A stretch of DNA of 43,964 nucleotides, filler included, from Catajapyx aquilonaris (GCA_000934665.2; 2 parts of 2 records of this genome joined end to end with filler, not necessarily neighbours in it), one strand, 5' to 3'. Shown: positions 25,048 to 37,910, counted from the first letter of the whole stretch. The notes: generated by a model not told the origin, from the sequence alone. Program-made: numbers and translations.

Positions 25048-25982
25048 GTTGAAAGAAAAAATTCCTCACCTGGGTACTCTACTTATCTTCATGGTAAACA
25101 TAGGGACTGGGGAGGGGGGCTAAAAAGTTGGAATAATTTTGTTGATTTATCCCAAAAAAATGATTGATTAAAAATCAAACTGTCAGGCATCGGTAATATT
25201 AAAATAATTCGTTATACGGTTATGCCTTCTGATTGGTCCCCCGTATTGTGTTACCGCGACGCTTCCGATTGGCCCCCGTTCTGCGCAGGCGCAATGTGGG
25301 CGGAAGCAGCGCCTCTGGTGGGTGGGAGGAGGAACCATTCATTCGCTCCCCCCCCCCCTCCCACCACCCAGTGATTTTTCTAGTAGCTGTTACTTTCCAA
25401 TAGTTGCTTCCAGGAAAATATTATCTTCTATAATATTATACTTTATCCAGCATTTTGTTGATGGCCTGATGCATCGTACAGTCTGTAGATTTGCACTACT
25501 TTTTTTTTCACTCCGATGCGTTTTATGTCCTTCAGAATGATTGGCCGGTTATAAATACATAACAATCGCAGCATCAGTAATTAAGACGGAAACAGAGTGA
25601 CGCTAATTCCTGATGCGTGTATGCTCCACAATTGTCGATTGACTGATTAGTACGCTCGAGTAAAAAAAGGGTGTAACAATTCGCGGTATTATTTTGTAGA
25701 TACGTATGGATGTATGAGAGCATTTCCGTGACATGCTAATTAAAGTAAGCCGTTTTGCTAACCAGTGATATAAAACCATTTCGCGTGCATGGTTAGCACC
25801 CGCGAAATTGAAGGCAGACCAGCGTGACATCTTATTCTGTAAGGGTTTTTTTTAAAAAGAAAGAAATTGCCTAAAATAGAGAGACCCCCGTCTTTTGGCA
25901 CCGCTGACGAGGCAGTTGTTCATAATCGTAACCTTTAATTACCTTTCCCGTCGGCTGGGTTGAAACGACCCCATTTAGGAAG

Positions 25983-26530
25983 TTGACATCGCTTAAGTCG
26001 GACTGCGTAGGCGCCGAGTCGTGTGGTAAACAAGCGAGATTTGTGTCCTCCTTGGGTCTCCCCAGGAAAAAGAAATATATAAAGGCTTTTGATGGCCGGC
26101 CTGTGGAAGCCAGCCACAAGCGGCTCCGGATTAATTGGCATGGGGGGGCCAAAGTTGGCAAGAGCCCCCCCCCCCTCCTCCTCCTCCATCCAAAACCGGC
26201 CACTCGCCTAATCTCATTTCCATCCCCCTCTCTTCTCAAGGGCTGAGGGGAGATCGGGTTGCCCACGGTCCAAAGGACAAAGGGCACCCTTTTGGCCTTT
26301 GTGGGCTTGTTTTAGTGAGAAAATAGGGGGAAGGTCCAGGGGGCGCATATGTGAATCGCCACACTCTTGTAGACTACACCAGCGCCGAAGCGGCAACCTC
26401 ACTCCCTATGGCACGGGTGTATGCATAAGGATGGGATAGGAGTGACGTTAATTGGAGTGCAGTGCGTGTGAAAATGGCGTAACGGACAGCCCACAACGCA
26501 TGGTTTCTCGCTTGGAAGGACCGTCCACAC
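25983..26530 (+). pseudogene. Decayed tandem CTL domains
   Basis: SDCVGAESCGKQARFVSS; INWHGGAKVGK; RICESPHSC; LIGVQCV*KWRNGQP. Confidence 0.5.
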
Positions 26531-27675
26531 GGGCTCGATCCGGCACGTTCCGGCCATATGCATTGAGTTGAAAAGTGCCCCGACTTTTTTTTTTTTCAAG
26601 CGGAGTTGTCCTGAGGGGGTTTTCTGGATGGAATGGTTCCTGGGGATTTACGGCGTGACAGGTTGAACGGCTGCCAATAAAGCCGTGGGCAAGCCCTGGG
26701 GGTAGGCGGCTGGTCCACTGTGGGGGCCCCCCCCTACTCTCTTTTCACTACTCTCGTCCCAGCAGTTACAAAGCGGACTGGTGTCTCCCCAAGCGCACTC
26801 TCAAGTGCACTTGGCCCTCCCCTGAGGGGGCAACGTCATTTTCATCAAGTCCCAGGAACAAATGAGAGGACTCGCAAAAGTATTCTTGGGAGTTTTTTTT
26901 TTTTCCTGCCCCACTTCACACGAGTGTTGGAAAGGACTTTTTTTTATGTATGCCCCTGTGTGTGTGTGTGTATTTTTCCTCCCCCTCAGCCTCCATCCCC
27001 TTGTTTCCATGACGTTAACACTTCATTGCGCTGAAGATTGCCCTGAACTCATCAAGTGGCAAATCGGCAGACTCGCCGCCCTGATTACATGTTTGATGTA
27101 GGCACCTGCAGGGTTGCTGCTCAACACCAGAGATTTTAGCTGGGGAAGGGAGCGTGACAGAGCGTGACATACACACTGATGAATATGACCAAACTGTTCC
27201 ACATTAAAATACAGCTACATTAAATAGACAGTTTTACTGCATTACCAGACATTAATGTTACATGCTATAATTACTCTACAGGCAGCCATTACCTCACCCT
27301 ATAGATATAGCTAAGAGGAGTTGGAGGCTTTAAAAAAATGGTACTTCCGGATTGGTTGGTAGTTGAGAAGATGGTGGCAGTAAAACGTGATTCGGATGGG
27401 TTTGAGGGCGGGCGATTCGCCGTGCAGTTTAGAGCCATGATTGGACAACCAATTAATTGGTTGTCAATGTCCCAATTAAGCTCAGATTGCCTCGATTTCA
27501 GGGTTAGTGGTTTACCAATAATGTGACCAGATTGCTCCAATTAGTTATGCTCGCCGCCAACCCCCCCGACTCACCACCACCCACTAAACAGACCAGTGCT
27601 GCCCCCGTACGTGTTTCTCAAGTTATGCAACAACGGTTGGGTCAATGGGGGGGGGGGGGAAGGCTTAATTATATT

Positions 27676-27892
27676 TCTCCTAATATGCTTATTCTCTCCG
27701 TCGGATGTTTAATAGTATCGCAATCTCTCGCACGACCTGAGGGCGGCGGGAGTGTGCAGAGGGAGTGTGCGCCATCTATGCGTGACAAATAGTACTAGGT
27801 GGTAAATCGACGGGCAATCTCATTAAAGTCGTCTGATTGTCACTGTCATACTGATTGTAGGTTTTGCCCAATTTTGGCAATGAGTTAGTTAG
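27676..27892 (+). mobile_element. Helitron-like element, copy 2
   Basis: TCTCCTAATATGCTTATTCTCTCCGTCGGAT...GTGTGCAGA...GCGCCATCTAT..., TTGCCCAATTTTGGCAA hairpin, TTAG|T end. Confidence 0.65.
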
Positions 27893-28010
27893 TAAGCTAT
27901 AAACGTAAGGGTAGCGTTCTCTGCCCGCCCTTAGAAGTCCGTAAGCCCGGAAATGGGTAAAATCCGGTCCCCTAGCGTTGCAATATCCGGTTTCTTCCCC
28001 CCTCCAGCAG

Positions 28011-28900
28011 GCAAACAGTGTCAAATTCCCCCCTCTCAAAACTAGGCTCATTTCCCATGTCGCCTTCTCCAAAAGTAGCATCAGGTGAGTGACCTCCAGG
28101 GTCAACCCCTAAGAACTTGAGGAATGTCACCTTCCCAAGCTCCTGCTATAATCCGGATCGAGGCGAAGGAAACACCTGAACAGAGTGCGCAGAAGCCTTG
28201 GGTGTGACCAAGTGGGTCAATTTAACACCACCTGGGGGGAGGGCTTCCACATTCCCATTTGCCACAATATCGGAGAGGGAGTTACAACAATTGGGGGGCG
28301 GAAAATCTTATTTCGCGCTTGAGGAGACCTGTGTGACCATCGTGTGTGAACGCAACAGCTGTCGCAGCTCGCTATCTACTAATGACTTCCAAATCATGGT
28401 GTTTGGTGGAGAAGGGCATAAACAGCTGTGGGGCATCGGAGGGATTGGGGGAGGGGGGACAAGCCTCCCCATGCGACGTAGTGCTGTCAGCATATGCGTC
28501 GAAAATGTCACAGCGTCCGGTTCGCCCCCCTCTTTTTTTTGTACCCATGTTGTCTGGTCCGGCCAACTGATTATTCGCGAATCGGCGTGTTTTGCACATT
28601 GCGGAAGTTTGCTAGATTCATCACCACAGCTACTACCTCGCTCATCAGAAAAAAGCGAGAACTTTTTAATCGCCACCATGTGATCAAGCGTGCACGCTTG
28701 ATGAGTGATGAACCTACCGCAATTGTGTTGTGAACCTTGAGATCGTACCCAGCTGTTTCTGACCCTCCTTTTTGGCCCACCCTTGGGTTTTTGGAAGTGG
28801 AGAAATGGCCGAGGATGGCTTCCTGAGGCCCCCGTTTTCAACCTTCCATACACGAACAACAAGCCCCGTTGGATTCACGCGATTCGTGAAGGGGGGTTGG
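28011..28900 (+). pseudogene. Decayed secreted multi-CTL gene
   Basis: Exon ending ...KVAS G|GTGAGT (28084), intron of about 55 nt, then (A)PA...HLNRVRRS, STFP...GGKSYFAL...RNSCRS, RIGV, EP/NCVV, KW, TSPVGFTRF. Confidence 0.6.
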
Positions 28901-29989
28901 GACAATAATCCTCTTACCGCCACGGTGGGTTCCCAGGAGGGGTTTTTTAGTGGAAGGGGGGGTACGATGGGAGGGTAAGGTTGTACCAGCACCTAAAGCT
29001 AATCCCAAAGCAAGGTTATTAAAAGGGCAGGATAAAGATGCCTATCTTTTCCACAGCCTGGTTATAAATGGTGGTCCCTATTTTACAGGGTGGCCCGCTG
29101 CTTAAGTAGACACCTAGCACAATGGACGGATAAGTCGCGCATGCGCATTCACACGAGCTTAGGTCACGCATGCGTACTAACACGTGGGTGGATCAGCGCA
29201 TGCGCGATCGTATGCGCATGCGGCGACTGGAGCTACCACCGTGTCTACCAACCTGTACAAATTTTTTTGCTGGTTCACATAAAAGGACGGATTCCTGGCT
29301 GTCCTGAGCCTGAATTATTGCCGGTTATAGCACCAACCGTATTTTGGGACCTGTTGACTATCCCTCCCCTTCCAACAGCCAATTTAATTGGTGGAGTAGG
29401 CGCCGACTAGGGATGGGGAGAAGGATTTAGGGTAGGGGGGGGGGAGAAATAGGGTGTGGGGGTCTTTTTTTTGGAGAGGGGGGGAAGAAAAAGAGATGGT
29501 GGGAGGGAGGGTTTGAACCCTAGGGTCTTTTTCTCCCCCTGTGTCGAACCCCCCCTCTTCACTGCCTGGGTCCGTCCCGCTGCGTCCCTTTTGGAAATCA
29601 TTAGCCCAGAAGCGAGCTGGCGTTCCACTCTGCTGGCGGAAGAGGAGGGGGTGAAATAGCATTGGGGGGAGGAAAGGTGGAGGGGGGGGGGGGNTCGGAA
29701 ATGTTAATTTTCTGTGGCGACATGCTCGACCCTCACCCACCCAACATATACACGTACAGTCTCACCCCCGCCACTCCCAGCGGACTCCCCCCCATCGTTT
29801 AATATCCGTGCCTAATTGGGATTCGAAACGTGTGTTTTTCGGAGTCACCTTGAAAGCAACATGTTTCACCCCGCCCCGCCGCAGCTGCAGGGCAGGATCA
29901 CTCCGAATAATCATTTAAAAAAAAAAGAGCGTACACAGTGGAGAGATCTCTCCGCAGGCTCCCTCTCGACAGACAGGACCTACCGAAAA

Positions 29990-30200
29990 AATGTTGGACA
30001 CAAAAATTAGGCGGTGTTCCGGGGATCCTCTCCCGGAGATGGACATGTTTGATAAGTCCGGTTTGATTCACTGCCCATGCCATCTATCCATTTCAATGCG
30101 TCGCCAGGCTTCGGGGAATAAGGATTAAAAAAGTAGATGTATTTGAGACAACACCCAAGAAAAGTGTTCTTGGAATCAAGCTCTTTATAGTTCATCACAT
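29990..30200 (-). pseudogene. Decayed CTL C-terminal half
   Basis: NTFLG...LKWIDG...YQTCPSPGEDPRN (compare WLG..KWxDG..YxNW.PGEPN). Confidence 0.45.
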
Positions 30201-31320
30201 CACATGTTGCAGAATACAAAATATACAAGTACTCTTGTCACATGGAATTTCTTATAATACAGTTTTTGTGCAAGTAAGGTCTATATTATCTGGATTTTTA
30301 TATTGACTCTCCATTTAATTACTAGCAGCGGTACCCGTTACGAATGTGCGAAAAATCTGCAGACTGTCTCGGGCATCATCTGAATATTTTGCGAAGTAAA
30401 TCTCAGACGTCTCTCCTCGGTAGGTTAATCAGATTTATCTCCAGATCTAGGTATTATCGACATTTCCCGTTAGATCCTGGTGGAGATTGGCCAGATTCGA
30501 TTATTTGGCATCACGTTGCGCTGAATTGCACCGTATGTCCCGACCCTTGCATGAACCTATCATTCACGCCAACGAACTAACCGCCTCGGACACACAGCGT
30601 CCGATAAATGACAGCGATAAGACCCCACGTTTCGTTTGTGTTAAGGCGGCCGTAAAAAACCTGATGTGTCATAAAAAGAGTTGCAACCAACCCAACCCCC
30701 CAGTGATGCTGTGCACGGCAGAGAGAGAGAGATCCAGTTATCGCATATATTGGAGAGTTCCAGTCTATCCGACTGAACACGTGTACGGTACCGGACACAA
30801 CACACAGAGAGAGGAGGGGTGTATAGGTAACAATGCCATGAATTTTGGGGTTGTCGGGACCGGAAAGATTGTTGGGCTCAGATAAGAGAGCGGTACGATT
30901 CCATCATAATTAGGGGAACTTGGTCACACCCGTCCAGCAGAACTCGTTAATCCTCACCAGACCATCTAGACTAGTGCGAGATAAGGCGATGGGTGTGGTG
31001 TCCATGACGCGATAACAGACATCATGAACATACACACACAAAGACACGTACAAAAAAAAAAGCGAAAGGGCTATTTTCCACTAGCATCTACGCTGAGCAC
31101 ATGCACAGAGCAAATATTGTGTCGCGAATGAGGCTAAAGTGGGCTGATTGCGATACCACATTTGTTTACCAGGCAATATACTGTATACACAGCGATATCT
31201 CACTTTAGACGTGTTGATTCAGCCACTAGGAGTCACTTTCCTTTAGATAATGTCGCTAACTGTCAATATTTTCACTCTGATGATCACACCCTGCTGCTTT
31301 TTCCCTATTATTATAGTCTA

Positions 31321-31485
31321 CTAGTGGAAAACCCATTGCCAAAATGGCAAAACAGTATGAAATGTTCCGCCGATTTACCACGTAGTACGAATCTTCAAGT
31401 ATAGATGTCGCATAATCCATCTGCACACTCCTGCCACCGTGCGAGAGATAGAGATACTATATCAATCCGACGGATTAGGCAAAAT
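31321..31485 (-). mobile_element. Helitron-like element, copy 3
   Basis: Reverse complement matches copy 2. Perfect TTGCCA-ttt-TGGCAA hairpin, 11 nt, then CTAG|T. The 5' terminus is eroded. Confidence 0.7.
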
Positions 31486-31589
31486 ATTAATTTGCATTAT
31501 TTTGTTATTATTATTAATTTGTGCAATTTCTGCCATAGTTGAGAGCACAGTGAGCACACAATGGCCTTCGTTACACCTTGCCTTTCAAG

Positions 31590-33070
31590 GGGCGGGTCAT
31601 TGTATGTAGCAATTGGGCGCCGGAGGAATCCTTAGTTGCCCCCCCCCCCCCTCTTCCTTCCTCTTGTTTATCCAGCCCCGGAGCGGAGTTGGCAAGACGA
31701 CGGAACATCTCCTCTTCCTTCCTTTTCCGGGTGACCAAAGTGAATCCGGAGGCGGCGGCATCGGATCAAAGGAAGAGAGAGAGAGAGAAGGGAGGAAAGG
31801 AGAAGCATTCAAAATTTATTCAGTTTGTGCATCCCCCTTCCTGGCCTCTTACAAGAAACGGATTAAGTTGGGCCAATACTAGAGCCAAACCCTGTTTTTT
31901 TTATATGGAGGGAGGGGCAACAATCCACAACTTTTGGGCAAATGTACAGGTGCAGCCAGCAAAGAAGACTTTACACTGCTGGATGGGGGCTGGACTATCA
32001 GCAAAACACGCTTGTCCTACATTTGCCACAAGGTTGTGCTTCCAAGTGTAATAATCGTGTGATACACGACGTGACTTGGTTGCGGAAAGGCCGACAACAA
32101 CAAAAAAAAGGAGTTGATCCTATCGGTGGTGGCCAGAAAATGAGTCAGATAGTATGTGGGTGCAGCACACACACACACACACTACATTCTATTAAAACTA
32201 ATGTATCATTGCAACCCCCTTTTTGTACGTGGCCTAATTGTTAATTTTTAACAGGCGAGCTATAACTCTTAACAAGTTTTTTTTTTAACGGGTGCGCTTG
32301 GTACAACATTGCCACACCCAAGGGACGTTATTTGGGGTTGGAGAAACCCAGCCCCCTACTGTAACAACAAGGGCAAACATCTTGACAGCTTCCCAAAAAG
32401 GAGCCTATAATCCTCTTCTTTAAAAAAAGAGAGAGCTCGTAAATAAACTAATCTGTTTCCGGAACTGCCCTTCGCACTCCCCTCAATATGAGGTAATACT
32501 ATTGATAGCTATTCTCTGTGTGCAACTCGCGTTGACAAGTCGCAGCGATTGCAATCAGAGGCAACCAAAATCTCTGAAGGCCACACCGGAATGTGATTCA
32601 TCCGATTTCCCCCCAAAAGTTTCACGCTTTCAAGTCTCGACATTCCGATGCCGATTATCGCCTTTCCTTTCCCTCATCCCCCCCTGAAAAATAAAGCCGT
32701 ACGTCTGATGGGCGCCACCTTTGGAACCTTTCTCAAGTAAGCAATATTCCGCTGCTGCAATGGGCAATCTTCGACCCCCATCGCAACCATATCGCCGCGG
32801 GGTTATGTGTGTGCATACCCTGTGGGAGGGGAAAAAAAAAACGTTCTCTAACAAGCTGCACACCACTCTCCCACATGTGATGATGATCATGATGATGAGT
32901 TGGTGCATCGTGATAAAACATCACATCTGAGGATCAATCAGTGTCAGATGGAGCCTTCCCGCCCCCCCATCATCTCTGCTTGCACGGAAAACACAAGGTA
33001 GTCGCTTTTGGTGCACTGCCCCTAGATTTGCATAGTCGTTGGCAACACTGTTGCTGGAGTCAACAATCCG
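31590..33070 (+). pseudogene. Decayed CTL fragments (probably two genes)
   Basis: SNWAPEES...SSCL; HPPSW...PCFFY...CWMG; KKKRE...NCPSHS...SRSDCNQR; SQP...MCVH; HHI*. Confidence 0.4.
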
Positions 33071-34099
33071 AGTTTAATAAATGGCCAGCTTTTTTTTTTT
33101 CTTTAGGAAATTGGGTCAGTCAAGGCCAGGTCAGGCTTGTCTCTTTATCTGATTGGTCGGAGCAGAAGGAACAATAACCGGATTGTCAAACAGGGGAACC
33201 TCATTAAGGTTGGGCACGATTCTCCTTGATATACGCGCGGGGTGAGGTCTCCCCCGTGTAGGTGTAGAGAATGTGTTGTTGTCAAAAGATGGGGAGGGGA
33301 GGAGAAAAGGAGGAGGGAGTGGAAGAGGAGGAGTGTGGCACACAACCCAGTACTTTTCAGCACGTAGTATGAAAGGGCGCATTCTTTCGCCTACATGCAC
33401 ACCTGTAAACACCGGCTGACCTGAGAGTAGAAAACGGATGGATCTATTTTCGAGTAATGTACCGTTGAAGCAATCAGAATGACTCTATCTAGAAAATCAT
33501 GGCCAGTTTTGCAACCCTATTGGGCCCTGGCCTCCTCTTTTTTTTTAAAAAAAAAAAGGGCGGGGGTGTAAATATGCTCGGATATCAGTTATTCCAAGTG
33601 CACAGTAATTACGGATAAAAAGACAGTTAAAAAAAGGTACGTTCCCGGAGCAGACTTGATATCCAGTGCTATAACGACTCCTAGTCCCCCCCATAGAACC
33701 GTTAGAATCAGGCCACAAAACAAGTGATGAAAAAAAAAGAGAGAGCCGGTGCTTGCAATAGCCGGTAAAAATTGCTCTTTAACTCTGTCTAGCTATATTA
33801 TTATTCCACTCTTTAAAAAAAGTGCCATCATTTCTGGGGCATGAACTGGAGTACACTTCGAATGTCGGGTCGCACTTTTTGATGGAAATTGAAGCCAAAA
33901 AGTTCAACTTACAGAAAAAAAATATATATTGTTTTAATTTACAATATAGCAATTAACCCAGCGTTTCCTGGGAATGTATGAAGGAACTCCATAGCCGATA
34001 TGAATGGCGCTGAAACAGGCGGCATTAAATTCCTCGTATAAAGTAACTGGTGGCGGTGTAGCGGCGGATTTCTATTGTGAACTAACAAACTTCCTAATA

Positions 34100-35183
34100 T
34101 ATATACAGTAAATGTATAGAAATCATTTCTGGCTACTCCCTTACCGACAATGCACGTACGCAAACCTATCATGAGGCATCGACGCAGATGTTGTGTAAAC
34201 CGGCCGCCAACAATGGCTCGAGTGGACAATTACACCCGATCTTTTGTCTTTACAAATTAATTTCTGGGCGTCCTTGGAGAGGGTTTTGCTGCGTGATTAA
34301 AACTGTTTTGGGGGGTACCTGCTGCAGGTACAGCGGGGGGACAAGTTGAGGTCATGCAATAAGTTGAGGGCGGGTTTATTCTATGGTGGAATTTCAAGCC
34401 GACGCTAACAAGCAAGGCGCAGGAGAAGCCCAAGTCAAGCCGGAGTAGTGGGGAAGGGGAAAGGGGGGGTGTTTATTAATTCAACTGTAAGTTTGCGAAA
34501 GTTGTGAGCCTTTGACGCCCGATTAGGTGAAGAGGGGGCTTCGAGGCGGAACACGCGACCTCCAACTTCCCCGCCCTTCAAGGTTTCACCCCCTTTTGCA
34601 CCTCCAGACGCGAATATGATGTCGATGAACGGAGATGAAGCCACATGCTCATAGCGTGTTCATTCCCGAATTTTTGTGCTAGACATGAAAAAAGTTTGTC
34701 CAAGCTGATAGTACCACCACCCCTCGCACAGGTGGCAGCAGTGTGCAGAGAGGGAGGATGCGCCATCTATGTTTAGATTATGGTACTATGTGGACAACCT
34801 GGGGCGTTTTTCCAAGCTTTGAAAGTTTGTCACGAAAATTTCTTGCTGACCATCAACCGGAGCAGCTTCGTTATGTGATGCGCCTTGTTGTTCGGCAGGT
34901 GTTCTCAGCAGCTTGATTCGCTGAGTTGCTTATCTTGTAGCAAGCCTGGTTGAGTTACGCAACGCGGAAGGTCTGAATTGCAAATCGCAATTCACTTGGT
35001 AATAAATTGTGGCGGATGTTATTTTAGCATAATAACTTCTGGCAGGCTCGTTTTCTTGCGAGGATGTTACAGCTGCAATAAGACTCTTGCGTAAGTGGAG
35101 GATAGCGAGGCAGCTGTTGAAATAATACTGTGCATTTGCCGGGTACGCGTAAGTGAGGAAGCCAAAGGCAGCAGGGCCCCCAA
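34100..35183 (-). pseudogene. Decayed tandem CTL domains
   Basis: YPANAQYYFNSCLAILHLRKSLIAAVTSS...YYAKITSA (exact x10/x16 Cys spacing with two Cys replaced); LNQACYKISNSANQAAENTCR; EVGGRVFRL...KAHNFRK; LMIGLR. Confidence 0.55.
34723..34795 (+). mobile_element. Helitron-like element, internal fragment (copy 4)
   Basis: CTCGCAC..GGTGGCAG.AGTGTGCAGA...GCGCCATCTAT...GTACTA matches copies 2 and 3. Confidence 0.6.
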
Positions 35184-35499
35184 CTGAAGCAGTCAGGACA
35201 CGAACGATCCTCAGGGCTGTCCTTTTTGGAAACTCGACAGAGAGATCCAGCAGGGAGTCTCCCCCCTTTTTGGCCTTCCTCATCCCTTCCCCCACCCACA
35301 CCCCCCCTTTTGGAAAAACCCAACCCAATCCAACCCAAACACAAACCCCGCTCTGTAAACCCGACCCCCGCCATTTCCTGCGTCAAAGAGGATTTTCTCC
35401 CTCAGCGGGACCAAGATCCCCAGGGGCTCACGAAAACCTCTTCTTTTTTAGAAGAGGGGGGGATGGAGGAGAATGGGGGGTAAGGAAGGAAGGATGGGA

Positions 35500-36560
35500 A
35501 GGGGGGGGGAGATGCTTGCTTGCTTGCTCTTGGACAGGATGGATTGATGGAGCCAACCCCATCGCTCAAGACTATCCGGTCATGGACCCTGCTGTCACGG
35601 ACGTTACGTTGTCTATACGTACTATACGTCAAAAAAATGTTTCGGACAACAATCTCTTGCCACAAACGTAGCGTTGGAAATAACTGCAGAGGCATCACTC
35701 CCACTATACAGTTATTGTTAATGCCAACCGTGCAAGCTGCGTGAACTTTGATGCTCACTCGGGTTTCTCTCGTTTTAAAAATCATATCGAGTATGAGTAA
35801 TGACCAATTCAGAGAGGATATCAATTTTAGTTAGAAAGGTACTCCACAATAGATGACCTGGTTTTTCGATAGGGGGGAGCCGATTAACTGCCTGTTAACT
35901 AATGGCTGTAAACAGGATGCATAATGAAGTGTGCGTGGATTATTATCCGAGAGCAGGTGTGTTTACCACAACAGAATCGGTTACAAGAAATGTGTGTACT
36001 TCGAGCGAATAACATATTATCCCATCACATTAGCCATTCAGGAACCGAGGTTTTGCCCTGTCAAATTACGGTTATTTCGATGTGTTTTTGGAAGGGGAGA
36101 GAGTTGGAGCTCCATCAGTTTTTATTGCACTTTTGTTTAAAAAAAATTATTCGGGTCATGCAATTGCTTCATAACCCTCAGGTTGTACAAGGTGTTCCAC
36201 ATATTTCGTCCTCGCATTTCCTTCTACGATATAGGATTTTTTTTACGGGCGCAACCGCTCCTCAGGTTCGTTCCAGAGCCTTGGCAACGTCGCAAAAGTC
36301 GGCCATATTTGCCGTCAGATATGAGAAGACCGTAACTCAATGTCCACTTCCCCTTGCGGCGAGAAAAAGGAGCAGTGGTACCAAAAGCACCCAACAGGTG
36401 GAGTTGGGGTGCCGTTCCTTTTTCCCCCCCTTCCCCCAACGCCACCTCTTGGATGCTTTCGGTAACACTTGCTTTCGTTTCTCGCCGCTAGGGAAGTGGA
36501 TATTGAGTTACGGTCCTCTCACATCTGACGGCAGATATTGTTACCGTCTCAAGCTTGGTG
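35500..36560 (+). pseudogene. Possible decayed CTL fragments
   Basis: WTGWIDGANP; NNCRGI; KCAWII...QEMCVLR; NTCFRFSPLGKW. Confidence 0.3.
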
Positions 36561-37159
36561 GTGGAAACAATTTTGCGCGAACTGTGGTGCGCACTCGGTT
36601 GCGCTCATTTTAAAAAATTCGTGTATAGTTCAAAAATTCTGTTATACTCCAGCAGCAACCCGTCGGAACAGTCAGCAAATTTTCGCTCCGTTCTCTCCGT
36701 GTTCGTGCAGTTTTTCTCGGTTATTCTCCGCTTTATAGTTGCCTCTGCGCTTACTTTACGACCACACCTATTGGCACATACATTTGATATGATTACACAC
36801 TTGGCCAATTTGCCCCCTAATTGCACCGCATTGGACCCCCCCTCCGACAATCCCTGCATCCCAACCCCCAGGCCTCTAAATTGGAGATGATTAAAATGAG
36901 TATTTGGGAATGAAGGTTCGAATGTCGTTGATGAGTGTATAATCTGACTGGGGGGGAAGGTTTGGAAGAGAGGGTGTGGAAGGAAAGGGGTAGAGGGGGG
37001 GGGGAGATGCTTCATTGCGGCAAGCAAGCAGGCGATCAAACAGCAATTAAGCCGCCTTTGGGTTGGAGGAGGCCCATAGCGCGCTTTCAGGCGCTAGAAG
37101 TGGGGGGGCTTCAAATGGTGGGGGGGAAAAGGGGATGGGGGGGAAGCAATCCGAACATA

Positions 37160-37910
37160 TTCAGCAAGCCCTTGGAGGTAAGATTTACGAGGTGCTAGCG
37201 GAGGCCGTAATGTGCACTGGCGCAATCTGGACCAAGAGAGAGAGAGAGAGGCTGGGGGGGAGAGGGAAGGGTAGAAGGGGGGGTCATATATACAAGCCTC
37301 CCTGGTAGCGACCACCAAAAACCAAGCCTACTCACTCAACTCACTCCCCTGGAGCCAGCAGTTTCCACAAACATCCCCGGTTCTCACGCTGCTCAGGATC
37401 AACTAGCAAAAAGGGTTCCCCGGAGGAGTATACAACCCTGCGCGACTCACAAACAACAATGCGGACATATACATATATATGCGAGGTACTGCATTGCCCC
37501 CCCATACAGTCCAGTGGGTCCAGCAAGTTGCTTCAGCTATAGTACAGTGATGGTACAGTACTGCTGGCGCCACGAGCCGAGGAAAAAAAAGAGCAAATCG
37601 AAATATCCCCTCCGTATATATGACCACCTTCACTTGGTTTATGATCGAAATTTGCCCTCCGTATGACCACCTGTACTGGTGGTGCCACGAGCCAATGGCG
37701 GCAAAAGAGCGAATCGAAATATGCCCTCCCGAATGCGCCTCGGGATCACGTCACTGGTGGATGTTCTGTTGATTTGTTGATTCGCTATTTTTGGCATCCT
37801 TCGGCTCGTGGCGCCACCAGTACGACACCATTAATGCCCAGCTGTGTACAGGGTGTTGCAGAAAATCCAATCGATAAGGTCAGGGGCTTTTTGTTGAAGA
37901 CTTGAAGGTA
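37160..37910 (+). pseudogene. Decayed tandem CTL domains interrupted by a MITE
   Basis: GGKIYEVLAEAVMC; TYICEVLHCPP, frameshift, GPASCFSY; after the MITE, NAQLC and GFLLK. Confidence 0.5.
37558..37823. mobile_element. MITE with TIR gTA|CTGGTGGCGCCACGAGCC and a duplicated left end
   Basis: Left TIRs at 37558 and 37673, right TIR at 37803-37823, TA at both termini. Internal ATCGAAAT.T.CCCTCCG occurs three times. Confidence 0.7.

Noticed and set aside
29505..29560. tRNA/SINE B-box on the minus strand (GGTTCAAACCC)
   Set aside because: No A-box spacing or cloverleaf.
35924..36613. 229-aa ORF as an intact gene
   Set aside because: No coherent domain. At most scattered CTL-like fragments plus TE-like sequence.
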